In this document: in pieces, positions 15,915 to 23,919 of the stretch
How positions within the stretch are numbered: the first letter of the stretch is position 1
Layout of the letters: every line of letters starts with the position of its first letter
Virus record (IMG/VR): IMGVR_UViG_2690316176_000008
Source of the DNA: a virus
Taxonomy: Duplodnaviria > Heunggongvirae > Uroviricota > Caudoviricetes
DNA: 24,033 bases
Reading direction: 5' to 3' (one strand)
Notes under the pieces: model-generated
Database searches by the model: none
What the model was told of the DNA's origin: nothing
Seen by the model: only the letters and a program-made list of their open reading frames with translations
Made by a program: the position numbers and the translations under genes

Positions 15915-15991
15915 TGGACCGCCTTCGGGGACCCGAACTCTGCGCAACCAGCTTCGAAAGCTGGCGCTCTTTCCTGATGAGCTAATGGCGG
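15915..15991 (-). tRNA. argN: tRNA-like element, possible tRNA-Arg (UCG) with degenerate T arm and acceptor stem
   Basis: Acceptor CCGCCAT/AAGGCGG (one A-A mismatch), D arm GCTC-ATCAGGAAA-GAGC, anticodon arm CCAGC-TTTCGAA-GCTGG, encoded CCA. The T stem pairs at only 3 of 5 positions (CAGAG vs CCCCG around loop TTCGGGT). Sits between the two good tRNAs at 7 and 13 nt spacing. Confidence 0.45.
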
Positions 15992-15998
15992 TATGTGA

Positions 15999-16074
15999 TG
16001 GTGGCCCTTGCTGGATTTGAACCAGCGACCTGGCGATTATGAGTCGCTCGCTCTCACCACTGAGCTAAAAGGCC
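15999..16074 (-). tRNA. ileZ: tRNA with CAU anticodon (Ile2-type or Met)
   Basis: Acceptor GGCCTTT/AAGGGCC (one G-T wobble), D arm GCTC-AGTGGTGA-GAGC, anticodon loop CTCATAA, T arm GCTGG-TTCAAAT-CCAGC, encoded CCA. Order CAU-tRNA, middle element, UCU-tRNA matches the ileZ-argN-argO trio found downstream of Q in Stx phages. Confidence 0.8.
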
Positions 16075-16100
16075 GGGCCGAAAATAATAATCAGATGAAA

Positions 16101-16814
16101 TCAAAAATCAAGCCCTTGCCTGGATACATATCTGTCTGGCGGGAAGCCATAATAGCGGTGAAATACAGAGATAAAGTAGGCTCTACTTGAATAACCGCAT
16201 TTTGCTGCTACAGCCTGTCCATATCCATGCCGGGAACATAACATATTTACAGCAACCCGCATCCGTTCCTCAAGTAACAAATTACTGAACCTGAGACCTT
16301 CATCCTTGAGTTTTTTCTTTAACAAGCTCTCACTCATATGCAACTGTAGAGCAATCGCACCAAGCGTCCAGCTTGCTGATATATCTGTTTGAATTATCGC
16401 TCTGACTTTGGCACTTATACTGGATACACATCCACTTAAAAATAATGACATCCGTTCATCTGATTCAAACAGCGACAGGCAGGCCATCATAAGAAACATA
16501 TCCGTGGTCTCTCCGGAAAGTCTCTGACTGGTAATTAAAGCCACAGTCAACGCAGGATTGTTGGGTTCCAGCAACAAGTAAAGCGGAATGTCAGTCAGAG
16601 GACCTCTCGTCAGCTTATGCTGGCTTTCCAGATATTGACTTACTATAGAATGGCTTATATCGACAATTTTAACTTTGCCATAATGCATAAGGAAAAGCTC
16701 CCTGATGCATTTGGTGGCCAGAACGACTGAGCCGGGCTTAAGTGACAATGTATCCTTTTCAAGAAAAATATTAATTGGGGAACAAACCATGATAACTGAA
16801 CAGATAGCAGTCAT
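16101..16814 (-). CDS. AraC/XylS-family transcriptional regulator
   Basis: 237 aa. The C-terminal ~100 residues carry the two-HTH AraC signature (WTLGAIALQLHMSESLLKKKLKDEGLRFSNLLLEERMRVAVNML...GYSSRAYFISVFHRYYGFPPDRY). AT-rich gene. Confidence 0.85.
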   Translation of the reverse strand: MTAICSVIMVCSPINIFLEKDTLSLKPGSVVLATKCIRELFLMHYGKVKIVDISHSIVSQYLESQHKLTRGPLTDIPLYLLLEPNNPALTVALITSQRLSGETTDMFLMMACLSLFESDERMSLFLSGCVSSISAKVRAIIQTDISASWTLGAIALQLHMSESLLKKKLKDEGLRFSNLLLEERMRVAVNMLCSRHGYGQAVAAKCGYSSRAYFISVFHRYYGFPPDRYVSRQGLDF

Positions 16815-16939
16815 TATAATTTTACTTTAATTAGCAATCGGTTAGCTTAATTATAGCCCCAAAAAGTAAATTCTCATCAACACATAAGCAAATGACTGAC
16901 AGGTGCCGCTAACACCCACCAGCCGCCCATTTACCACAA

Positions 16940-16963
16940 ATAAAAAACCTTCAGGACTGAAGG
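16940..16963 (-). terminator. hairpin plus T-run at the 3' end of the small HTH gene
   Basis: Stem ccttca / tgaagg with a 4-nt loop, followed on the minus strand by TTTTTT. Overlaps the stop codon at 16951. Confidence 0.45.
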
Positions 16964-17148
16964 ACTCTGTAACAACCAAACTGATAGTCTGCCAGACCCG
17001 CCATAACCAGCTGGGTCAGTATTAACTGGCAGCGTTCGCGTGAAAGGTACATATTCTGCGCAATCTCCCCGACTGTCGCCGGTTCGGTGACGCTTAACTC
17101 ATTAAACACCACTCTGGCGGTTTCGGTCATATCCTGCTGTTTTAGCAT
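16951..17148 (-). CDS. hypothetical 65 aa protein with HTH-like segment
   Basis: Track ORF 16951..17307 has a junk-like N-terminus. The likely start is the internal ATG at 17148 (MLKQQDMTETARVVFNELSVTEPATVGEIAQNMYLSRERCQLILTQLVMAGL...), with a PATVGEIAQNMYLSRERCQLIL helix-turn-helix-like pattern. Confidence 0.45.
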   Translation of the reverse strand: MLKQQDMTETARVVFNELSVTEPATVGEIAQNMYLSRERCQLILTQLVMAGLADYQFGCYRVLQS

Positions 17149-17329
17149 GTCTTTTTCCCTTTTCTGGTTAACGTAACATACCAATAACTCTTGTCGAAAA
17201 AGCCAGCAAGTTGAAAGACCGGTATTCGCAACCACCAGCGCGTTTAATGTTCTGTACCGCTTTTCGGGCACAATAAATATCCTCCGGCATAGCCGGAGGT
17301 TTTTCAAATGCGCCTATAAGGCTCTCTTA

Positions 17330-18035
17330 CCAGCCGCGCCCTAACAGGCGCACACGATCTGACATTTGCATCCAACTTCGTTACTTACGGCCCGTAAACG
17401 GGCTGCCCGGATAGGGAATCGATAACTGCTCTCCCATTTTATCCTCTTCAAGCTGGTGCTTTATGTAATCCTGTATCTTCGCCGTGTTCTTACCCACCGT
17501 ATCGACGTAATACCCTCTGCACCAGAACTCCCTGTTCCTGTACTTGAATTTCAAATCACCAAACTGCTCGTAAAGCATCAGACTGCTTTTCCCTTTCAGA
17601 TATCCCATAAAGCCGGATACGCTCATTTTGGGCGGGATCTCCACAAGCATATGGATATGATCTGCACAGCATTCAGCTTCCAGAATCCGTACACTTTTCC
17701 ACTCACACAGCTTTCTCAAAATACAGCCTATTGCTCTACGCTTCTCTCTGTAGAACACCTGTCTTCGGTATTTTGGCGCAAATACTATGTGATATTTACA
17801 GTTCCATCGGGTGTGCGCTAAGCTCTTTTCGTTCCCCATTGGGACCCCCTTTTGATTTCTTGTTTGACACTTGCAGTTGCCAGACCGCAAGGTGTTTTAA
17901 CAAATCAAAAGGGGTTTTAATAACTGGCTCAAAGCTGAAAGCTTTCCGGAACCCCCAGCCTAGCTGGGGGTTTTCTGTGCACAAAAAAACCCGCTCATCG
18001 GCGGGTTTAAGCTGTGCGGCGTAGTAACCACTCTT
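17330..18035 (-). mobile_element. IS200-like insertion sequence (IS200/IS605 family); ends approximate
   Basis: Contains a Y1 (HUH) transposase gene flanked by the expected structured left end: hairpin aaacccgc...gcgggttt plus T-run near 17985..18010 and palindrome cccccagc-cta-gctggggg at 17953..17970. A subterminal hairpin gcgcc-ctaaca-ggcgc lies near 17335..17350. Size about 0.7 kb. Exact termini not determinable by eye. Confidence 0.75.
17381..17839 (-). CDS. tnpA: IS200 transposase TnpA (Y1 HUH tyrosine transposase)
   Basis: From the internal Met: MGNEKSLAHTRWNCKYHIVFAPKYRRQVFY...ECCADHIHMLVEIPPKMSVSGFMGYLKGKSSLMLYEQF...YYVDTVGKN, near-identical to remembered IS200 TnpA. HxH (HIH) motif and catalytic Tyr region present. 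Confidence 0.9.
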   Translation of the reverse strand: MGNEKSLAHTRWNCKYHIVFAPKYRRQVFYREKRRAIGCILRKLCEWKSVRILEAECCADHIHMLVEIPPKMSVSGFMGYLKGKSSLMLYEQFGDLKFKYRNREFWCRGYYVDTVGKNTAKIQDYIKHQLEEDKMGEQLSIPYPGSPFTGRK

Positions 18036-18083
18036 AACAGTATATTCAACTTTTTACGATCGTAAAGCGTTCGGGGGAAATTT

Positions 18084-18644
18084 TTAAAGCCGCATCAACC
18101 GCTCCACCAGTTGCTCTTTACGGGCAACGATCCACCCGTGTTGCTCCAGATAAAATTTAAACCGTTCCAGAGTGCATACCATCGCATCGGCGGGCACCTT
18201 TTCCGTGAACTCAACCTGACCATGTTTATCGAAGTGGATCAGTAATGCGCATCCATCATTTTCGATAGATGTGTTTTGTGCCGCTGGTGGTTGTTTTTGG
18301 TTGAAATAACAGTCTTCCAGTTTTTCGAATACTTCCCACGCCTGATCGGTTTCGAGCATTTTGGCGTGACGGGCTGCTCCGCGTTCTGTCCAGAGTATGA
18401 GCTTTCGGACATTTGGGGCGATCGTTTGAAAATCCCTTAAAGAGATTTTCAAATTTTGGAGGTCTGCGCCTTTCGCAATTATGTAGTGCTTCCCTTCTGC
18501 AAATCGCTCTTTATTACGGTGGTGATTTCTATGAATACACTCGACGCTACAGCCATATAGTTTGGCCAGTAACTCTGTAGTGACAACTGGGAGCTGGTTG
18601 TGTGTGATCGGGGAAAGAGTTTCGACAGAAACTTGAGTCGTCAT
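18084..18644 (-). CDS. ORF6N-domain / antirepressor-like protein, first gene downstream of pR'-tR'
   Basis: 186 aa. The N-terminal ~100 residues (NQLPVVTTELLAKLYGCSVECIHRNHHRNKERFAEGKHYIIAKGADL...) resemble the ORF6N DNA-binding domain of phage antirepressor-like proteins. Family call from memory. Confidence 0.6.
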   Translation of the reverse strand: MTTQVSVETLSPITHNQLPVVTTELLAKLYGCSVECIHRNHHRNKERFAEGKHYIIAKGADLQNLKISLRDFQTIAPNVRKLILWTERGAARHAKMLETDQAWEVFEKLEDCYFNQKQPPAAQNTSIENDGCALLIHFDKHGQVEFTEKVPADAMVCTLERFKFYLEQHGWIVARKEQLVERLMRL

Positions 18645-18804
18645 GATAACGCCCTCTGGTTGATGGATTTAACTATCACCACCGTCAGGTTCCAATCATT
18701 GGGTGGTGAGACGTACAGGGTTGGAACTACCGGATCAACCAACCGGCGAGCCTTTCAGCTCCCCCATACGCCCCACCATTATTCAGATGTGCGTGTGCTT
18801 ACGA

Positions 18805-18830
18805 CAATAAAAAACACGCTCGCGGCGTGT
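18805..18830 (-). terminator. tR'-like rho-independent terminator downstream of the late promoter
   Basis: Stem acacgc / gcgtgt with a 5-nt loop, followed on the minus strand by TTTTTTATTG, about 60 nt downstream of the predicted pR' start. Confidence 0.6.
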
Positions 18831-18892
18831 GTCTGTCGCGGTTGAATATCCGGGGTTCCAATCCCGACGCCAGATTTTGCTGACGCGCGAGG

Positions 18893-18922
18893 AATATAGC
18901 CCCGGACAATGTATATGGTCAA
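18893..18922 (-). promoter_or_regulatory. late promoter pR' (sigma-70, -35 TTGACC, 18-bp spacer, -10 TATATT) immediately after Q
   Basis: On the minus strand TTGACC (18917..18922) and TATATT (18893..18898) are separated by 18 bp, a few nucleotides after the Q stop codon, the canonical position of pR' and the Q-binding element. Confidence 0.55.
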
Positions 18923-18926
18923 GCAC

Positions 18927-19313
18927 CTACATAATTCGTTCTACATATCTGTCCATCTCCAGCCGGATATCAAGCATCATCAACATGCCATCGATAACCC
19001 CTTCCGCCTTCTGCAGGCGCTTACCAACACAGGTATCCGAACATCCAAGTTTCCGTGCCAGACTCATAAAAGTCATTCCATATACGTAATAATCCACCAG
19101 CAAATCGTGCAAATCCTGATTTTTCTTGTTTAACCGGGCCATACAGCCACAAATTATCATTGCATCATCATCAGAACACTGAGGACGTGATTTCACTTTC
19201 GACGGAATTAACCCTTTAAAACCAGCAGCGATCGACGCCCAGGATACATCTTCATGAGTGTTTGCAGCCCAAGCCCCCCACCGTTCCATAACCTGCTGAA
19301 TATCACGCGCCAT
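18927..19313 (-). CDS. quuD: late antiterminator Q (QuuD / phage 82-type)
   Basis: [61 protein letters not shown]...[26 protein letters not shown]...[24 protein letters not shown] is near-collinear with DLP12 QuuD as I recall it. The track ORF begins three codons earlier at 19322. Confidence 0.85.
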   Translation of the reverse strand: MARDIQQVMERWGAWAANTHEDVSWASIAAGFKGLIPSKVKSRPQCSDDDAMIICGCMARLNKKNQDLHDLLVDYYVYGMTFMSLARKLGCSDTCVGKRLQKAEGVIDGMLMMLDIRLEMDRYVERIM

Positions 19314-19674
19314 CGTTATCACCTGTGATTTCGTAAATCTTCACGCCCAGTCGCCCACCAGGAACGAGCTGACCGCGCACAATATTGATTTCATCAAACT
19401 GCTCGTCGTCTATGAGAAGTTCGGCATGCGTCAGCGCATCCAGTGGTGCTTTCAGGATATTGTCCAGGTCACGACGGCGCTTATCCGGTGGCTCTGCAAT
19501 CACCTTTATCGCCAGCCTTCCGGACAGGCTTAATTTCAGCCGCTGCTGGCGAACAATAAGCGCCACAGCCCGGCGATAACGCTTTCCCTCCTCCGAGATA
19601 AAATATGTGCTGCCACGGCGTCGCCAGTAAGTGTTCACCGTCGGCGGGTAAGGTAAAACCAAATCTATGAGCAT
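19303..19674 (-). CDS. rusA: Holliday junction resolvase RusA
   Basis: 123 aa with [20 protein letters not shown] and [11 protein letters not shown], matching the RusA catalytic core (DRRRRDLDN in K-12 RusA). Lies immediately upstream of Q as in DLP12. Confidence 0.88.
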   Translation of the reverse strand: MLIDLVLPYPPTVNTYWRRRGSTYFISEEGKRYRRAVALIVRQQRLKLSLSGRLAIKVIAEPPDKRRRDLDNILKAPLDALTHAELLIDDEQFDEINIVRGQLVPGGRLGVKIYEITGDNDGA

Positions 19675-19686
19675 CAGTCACCTCTT

Positions 19687-20736
19687 TTACCCAAGCACGC
19701 CAGTTGCAAAGGCGTGATCAAGAAAACGAAAAATTAAATCAACCTGAGAGCCATGCTTTTCTTCGAACGCCAGCGGATCCGCATGAAGCTCGTTGTGATG
19801 CTCCCGACACAGCGGTAGCGTGAAAATATCGTGAGATTTTGTCCCCATTCCGCCCTGACCATGACCAATCAGGTGATGGGGATCGTCGGCTGGCTTACCA
19901 CAACACGCACACGGCTGAGTCTTCACCCAGCGTGTGTATTTCTCGTTAACCCAGCGGCGACGTTTAGGTCGTTTCATGAAAGATTCCGGAGACTCAGGAT
20001 CAACGGCAATGCTGACCACCGTCTTTTCCTGTGGTGGGTTCTGTTGCTGGTGGACGTCAGGCAGTAACGCAATATTTTTTGTGCGCTGCTTCAGTATGCT
20101 GGTGGCGGTCTGCTCTCCCGGCACGATGTCGCTTTCACGGTACATTGAGCGGATTTTTTCCGCACGCACCCCCAGCGAACGACGTAATACCGCTTCCGGT
20201 AGCGCGTCCGCCACCTGATTGCGGACCGCCCACCAGGATAATTCAGCCAAAGATAATTCACGCTCCTGCGTACCGCTTATTGCGTGACCGATGACGTCAA
20301 TCATCCATGCTGACAGGTTTTGATGAGCAAGTTGCTCGAGTGATTCGGATGTCTGGTCACGCAGCTGGTTGTCGCAGTGCCAGCACAACACCATTGCGCC
20401 GGTACCATAACGGTGAATGACAGTTTCGCTGTGATGATAATCGCCGTGTGGCCACTGGCAGGATTTAATATGGCGCAACAGCCAGTCAGACAATGCACCA
20501 GCACCACCAGCAGCACGAATCACCCGTGCGTTACTGAAAAACGGCAGCAATGTTTTGTCTTCCTCCAGCGGCTGGCGAACGGCAGGAACGACCCCGGACG
20601 GCAGATTACGCATGCTTTTCGGTTCCGGCTCCATCAATACCCGGGTATTGTGGAATACTGGCATGGATTCACGGCCCGGCTTAACGATCACCAGCCCGAG
20701 TTCCGGTACCAGAACAGGTCGAAGTAATACCCGCAC
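19687..20736 (-). CDS. ydfU: DUF968-family protein (YdfU-like) with C-terminal Cys/His-rich HNH-like motif
   Basis: 349 aa. C-terminus QPCACCGKPADDPHHLIGHGQGGMGTKSHDIFTLPLCREHHNELH has the CxxC...HH...H spacing of DUF968/HNH-like zinc-binding modules. Position upstream of rem-hokD-relEB matches Qin ydfU. Identification from memory. Confidence 0.7.
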   Translation of the reverse strand: MRVLLRPVLVPELGLVIVKPGRESMPVFHNTRVLMEPEPKSMRNLPSGVVPAVRQPLEEDKTLLPFFSNARVIRAAGGAGALSDWLLRHIKSCQWPHGDYHHSETVIHRYGTGAMVLCWHCDNQLRDQTSESLEQLAHQNLSAWMIDVIGHAISGTQERELSLAELSWWAVRNQVADALPEAVLRRSLGVRAEKIRSMYRESDIVPGEQTATSILKQRTKNIALLPDVHQQQNPPQEKTVVSIAVDPESPESFMKRPKRRRWVNEKYTRWVKTQPCACCGKPADDPHHLIGHGQGGMGTKSHDIFTLPLCREHHNELHADPLAFEEKHGSQVDLIFRFLDHAFATGVLG

Positions 20737-20737
20737 G

Positions 20738-21016
20738 TTACCTCCAGATGCGTTGCTGGAATGTGCGAGACGGACGCGGTGGGCGTTCAGAGTAAGGAAG
20801 CCTGACGGAGATTATCCAGTGACGGTAGTCGAGACTAAGGGCTTTCTTAACCTCGTATCCGCGCCTGCGGTAACACTGAATTATCCATTCAGCCTGCTCT
20901 TCAGTACATGGAGGGTGTTGGAACCATTCAGACTTGAATGCGTGAGAATACCGCTCGTGCGTGCAGGCAAGAACGGGCGAATTATCAGAATTGTAATATT
21001 TTACGTTGCGTGCCAT
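20738..21016 (-). CDS. hypothetical 92 aa protein (nin-region-like, Cys/His containing)
   Basis: ORF abutting the DUF968 gene, with CTHERYSHAFKSEWFQHPPCTEEQAEW. No family recognised. Could instead be a frameshifted upstream extension of the DUF968 gene. Confidence 0.35.
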   Translation of the reverse strand: MARNVKYYNSDNSPVLACTHERYSHAFKSEWFQHPPCTEEQAEWIIQCYRRRGYEVKKALSLDYRHWIISVRLPYSERPPRPSRTFQQRIWR

Positions 21017-21082
21017 CGGTTTTCTCCGGTGGCACGGTGTTACTCAGCGGGAGTTCAGCCCCGCGCAAGATTGTAGATGAGT

Positions 21083-21334
21083 TTATTCTTCTGCAAAAGC
21101 TGAAAAGCCTGCTTTTATTCCGATCTCTTTCAGTGCCTGTAATGAAGTGACAAACTCACCTTCGCGCAAGATAAATCCGTCTGTCACTCGACCATCCACA
21201 AAATTAATTAACGCAGCCCCATTCTTTCGCAAACACATAATGCGGTAATGACTAACAAGATTTCCATTTTCAACGCACACAGCATAGAGGCCATCTTCAC
21301 AAAAAATTTTACGCAGTTCTTCGATGTTCATCAT
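21083..21334 (-). CDS. rem: Rem-like small protein (Qin prophage rem homologue)
   Basis: 83 aa (MMNIEELRKIFCEDGLYAVCVENGNLVSHYRIMCLRKNGAALINFVDGRVTDGFILREGEF...) matching my recollection of K-12 Rem in length and sequence. Located between ydfU-like and hokD as in Qin. Confidence 0.65.
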   Translation of the reverse strand: MMNIEELRKIFCEDGLYAVCVENGNLVSHYRIMCLRKNGAALINFVDGRVTDGFILREGEFVTSLQALKEIGIKAGFSAFAEE

Positions 21335-21550
21335 CAGAATCCTTCCGGATAATTAGCTCTCCCCTTTAAGGGACCATCCCTCTTATCCCTGCGCGCTACT
21401 TAAGTATTTTTGATTCTATTCCGGCGCCGTCCAGAACTTCAAACGCGTTGAAAATAAAAACAAAAACCCGCCGAAGCGGGTTAAGTGCGGGTGCGTTGAG
21501 GATGCCTGCCACATCAGAGGTGGCGAGGGATTTCTCCCCCGCCGGGTCTC

Positions 21551-21706
21551 TTACTCCTCAGGTTCGTAAGCTGTGAAGACAGCGACCTCCGTCTGGCCGG
21601 TTCGGATTCGTACCTCGCAGAGGTCTTTCCTCGTTACCAGTGCCGTCACTATGACGGTTAAACAGATGACGATCAGGGCGATTAACATCGCCTTTTGCTG
21701 CTTCAT
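21551..21706 (-). CDS. hokD: HokD (RelF) type I toxin, Hok/Gef family (below the track's 60 aa cutoff)
   Basis: Hand translation from the ATG at 21706 gives MKQQKAMLIALIVICLTVIVTALVTRKDLCEVRIRTGQTEVAVFTAYEPEE (51 aa, TAA stop), the HokD sequence. Directly downstream of relE. Confidence 0.9.
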   Translation of the reverse strand: MKQQKAMLIALIVICLTVIVTALVTRKDLCEVRIRTGQTEVAVFTAYEPEE

Positions 21707-21777
21707 AGCCTGCTTCTCCTGTCAACGCAAAGCAGAAGTGTCACCTTCGGTGCGAAACAGAGATGTCATGCTTTGGT

Positions 21778-22065
21778 TCAGAGAATGCGTTTGACCGCCT
21801 CGCTATATACTTCCGAGCGTTCTCTTTTCCCAACAGAAATCACGAAAACGACAACTTTCTCGTCTATAACCTGGTATACAAGGCGATAGCCTGAAGACCG
21901 GAGCTTAATCTTGTAACAATCAGGCATACCACGGAGCTTGTTTGCTTCAATCCGGGGTGACTCAAGTACTTCAACCAGCTTCTTTTTCAACTGTTCACGT
22001 ACCGTCGAGCCCAGCTTTCGCCATTCCTTTAGTGCCCGCTCGTCAAAATCCAGAAAATACGCCAT
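21778..22065 (-). CDS. relE: RelE mRNA interferase toxin
   Basis: 95 aa MAYFLDFDERALKEWRKLGSTVREQLKKKLVEVLESPRIEANKLRGMPDCYKIKLRSSGYRLVYQVIDEKVVVFVISVGKRERSEVYSEAVKRIL, essentially the K-12 RelE sequence. Confidence 0.95.
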   Translation of the reverse strand: MAYFLDFDERALKEWRKLGSTVREQLKKKLVEVLESPRIEANKLRGMPDCYKIKLRSSGYRLVYQVIDEKVVVFVISVGKRERSEVYSEAVKRIL

Positions 22066-22304
22066 CAGAGTTCATCCAGCGTCACACGTACTGGCTTAGG
22101 ATTACGAAGCCGTTCTTTCACTATCTCCACAAGTTCAGCATCTTCATCACTCAGGAGTGTCTGTTTGAACGGCAAGCGTTCATTGTCAGCGATATACTCG
22201 AGCATGAGACGAAGCGCTTCAGAAGGAGTTACACCCATTTTTTCAAGCGCGGCGTAAGAACGCGCTTTAAGTTCATCGTCAATACGCAGGTTAATGCTAC
22301 CCAT
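22065..22304 (-). CDS. relB: RelB antitoxin
   Basis: 79 aa MGSINLRIDDELKARSYAALEKMGVTPSEALRLMLEYIADNERLPFKQTLLSDEDAELVEIVKERLRNPKPVRVTLDEL. Its stop overlaps the relE start. Confidence 0.93.
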   Translation of the reverse strand: MGSINLRIDDELKARSYAALEKMGVTPSEALRLMLEYIADNERLPFKQTLLSDEDAELVEIVKERLRNPKPVRVTLDEL

Positions 22305-22375
22305 GTCTTACACCTCTTGTAATTACAAATGTCATTACAAGTATCGCACTACAACATGCTTAGGGCAAGTCACGA
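22305..22375 (-). promoter_or_regulatory. relBE promoter/operator (relO)
   Basis: Upstream of relB on the minus strand: TTGCCC-N17-GATACT followed by the repeated TTGTAATGACA / TTGTAATTACAAG operator-like hexad repeats, then GAGGTG RBS. Confidence 0.55.
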
Positions 22376-22786
22376 AGGAAGTCAGAAAGTAGTCGTAAGA
22401 ACAGTGATCACTGTCCGCTTTGTGCCAGGAGCAGCCATTGCTAAGTCCATCCTGTATTGTGCAGGTCAGCTCGTTTTTAAAGAGTCCGGCCATCATCTTA
22501 CTGGTACAGACACCATATACTTTGTGACGGTCAGGCTACATATGCACAACTCAACTTATTCATCTATTTTTTGCTTTAGCATGTCAGTGTTGCTTTCTCG
22601 TCGGCGGGTGAGCGGTGACCTGACCTGTCGATAAAGGAACGTAACACGTTTTATGCAACACCCGCATGCGGCAGAAAATTATTGCCGAACGTTTACCCCT
22701 GTCAACAAGCTTTACTTTCTGAGGCGCGCCAGCCCGCGAGGAAAACAATCTGAACATCAAACAATTAATGACACAAGAAATACGAT

Positions 22787-22813
22787 TAAAGATTTTTTTG
22801 TGCATGCCGATAG
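22787..22813 (+). promoter_or_regulatory. sigma-28 (FliA) class promoter upstream of flxA
   Basis: TAAAGATT (22787..22794), an 11-nt spacer, then GCCGATAG (22806..22813) matches the TAAAGTTT-N11-GCCGATAA flagellar promoter consensus. The flxA ATG is 24 nt downstream. Confidence 0.65.
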
Positions 22814-22836
22814 TGCTTTTTTAAAAGGAGAAATCT

Positions 22837-23169
22837 ATGTCTGTCACAATTCAGGGAAATACCTCAACCGTTATTTCAAACAACTCCGCCCCGGAAGGAA
22901 CATCAGAAATAGCCAAAATCACAAGACAAATTCAGGTGCTGACTGAAAAGCTTGGGAAAATCTCATCGGAAGAGGGGATGACGACACAGCAGAAAAAAGA
23001 AATGGCTGCATTGGTACAGAAGCAAATTGAAAGCCTCTGGGCTCAACTGGAGCAGTTGTTAAGGCAGCAGGCAGAGAAAAAGAATGAAGACGCGACAGTT
23101 CAGCCTGATAAAAAAGAAGAGAAAAAAGACGATACAAATACCGCTGGCACCATTGATATTTACGTCTAA
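22837..23169 (+). CDS. flxA: FlxA (FliA-regulated prophage protein)
   Basis: 110 aa MSVTIQGNTSTVISNNSAPEGTSEIAKITRQIQVLTEKLGKISSEEGMTTQQKKEMAALVQKQ..., matching K-12 FlxA in length and sequence as recalled. AAGGAG RBS. Confidence 0.85.
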   Translation: MSVTIQGNTSTVISNNSAPEGTSEIAKITRQIQVLTEKLGKISSEEGMTTQQKKEMAALVQKQIESLWAQLEQLLRQQAEKKNEDATVQPDKKEEKKDDTNTAGTIDIYV

Positions 23170-23183
23170 GTGACAGCCGTATT

Positions 23184-23206
23184 GTGGCCCTCATCGGGCC
23201 ACTTTT
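23184..23206 (+). terminator. rho-independent terminator after flxA
   Basis: Stem gtggccc / gggccac with loop tcatc, followed by TTTT, 15 nt after the flxA stop. Confidence 0.6.
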
Positions 23207-23595
23207 CGCCATCAGCCTTTTCTTTAAAGACATATTATCTTTGTATCATTTCTGATAGTTAACATTACAAGATATAAGTAATGGACGCACTCCCAATTAG
23301 TCTATTTAAATCGCCACGAGTTTAACTGACAACCCATGATCAATTATGAATTGCAACTATTTCTGTAGTCACTTTTGTGGGGACAGTCCACAAAACTGCC
23401 AACTTCCGCTTCTTGCTCTTAGCGGACATTAGCATAGGCTATTTACCATAACGCCTCATTACGCGCACCGCCCAGACTGACTCAGCGCGTTTCTGGCATA
23501 TCCCCGGTAAAACAAGTAACAAACCACCCGAAAATGAACACCAGAAACGCGACTTAAGAATCTACCCTATGAATGGATATGCACTCAACCGAATC

Positions 23596-23919
23596 GATCT
23601 TGGTTTCAATCTTTTTTATCGGGATCAGGCTTCTTTTTAGGTAACTTCGGGGGCTTAACTTGCTGATGACTTTGCGTTCGGCGCGTAAGCCAGGGATGGT
23701 CAGCTTTAGGTTTAACATAGTATTTTGAGCGTAAATCAATACGGGCATTATCCACTCGTTCATGGACACTCTTTTCATCATCCAGTGGTATAGGCTCCGG
23801 GCCATCAACATACTTTTCCCAGCCCAGCGCTTTCCCGTCATACAGAACGTTAATTTCACCGTCAAAGTTCTCGCATACAGTAACAACCGAATGCCTAAGT
23901 CGATATCCCCGGCCCTCAC
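23596..23919 (-). pseudogene. 3' fragment of an unknown ORF truncated by the IS629-like insertion
   Basis: An open frame with no Met runs from the IS boundary to a TGA at 23596..23598: ...SVVTVCENFDGEINVLYDGKALGWEKYVDGPEPIPLDDEKSVHERVDNARIDLRSKYYVKPKADHPWLTRRTQSHQQVKPPKLPKKKPDPDKKD. It looks more protein-like than the overlapping track ORF 23554..24012, which crosses the IS boundary. Confidence 0.4.

Noticed and set aside
16008-16190. 60 aa plus-strand ORF
   Set aside because: Overlaps the CAU-anticodon tRNA on the opposite strand. tRNA structure is far better supported.
21573-21794. 73 aa plus-strand ORF
   Set aside because: Antisense to hokD and the 5' end of relE. The Hok reading frame on the minus strand is an exact family match.
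22329-22634. 101 aa plus-strand ORF starting inside the relBE operator (same length as the K-12 ydfV annotation as I recall)
   Set aside because: ATG sits within the operator repeats with no Shine-Dalgarno sequence, and the translation is low-plausibility. I could not support it as a real gene from sequence alone, though it may correspond to an annotated hypothetical ORF.
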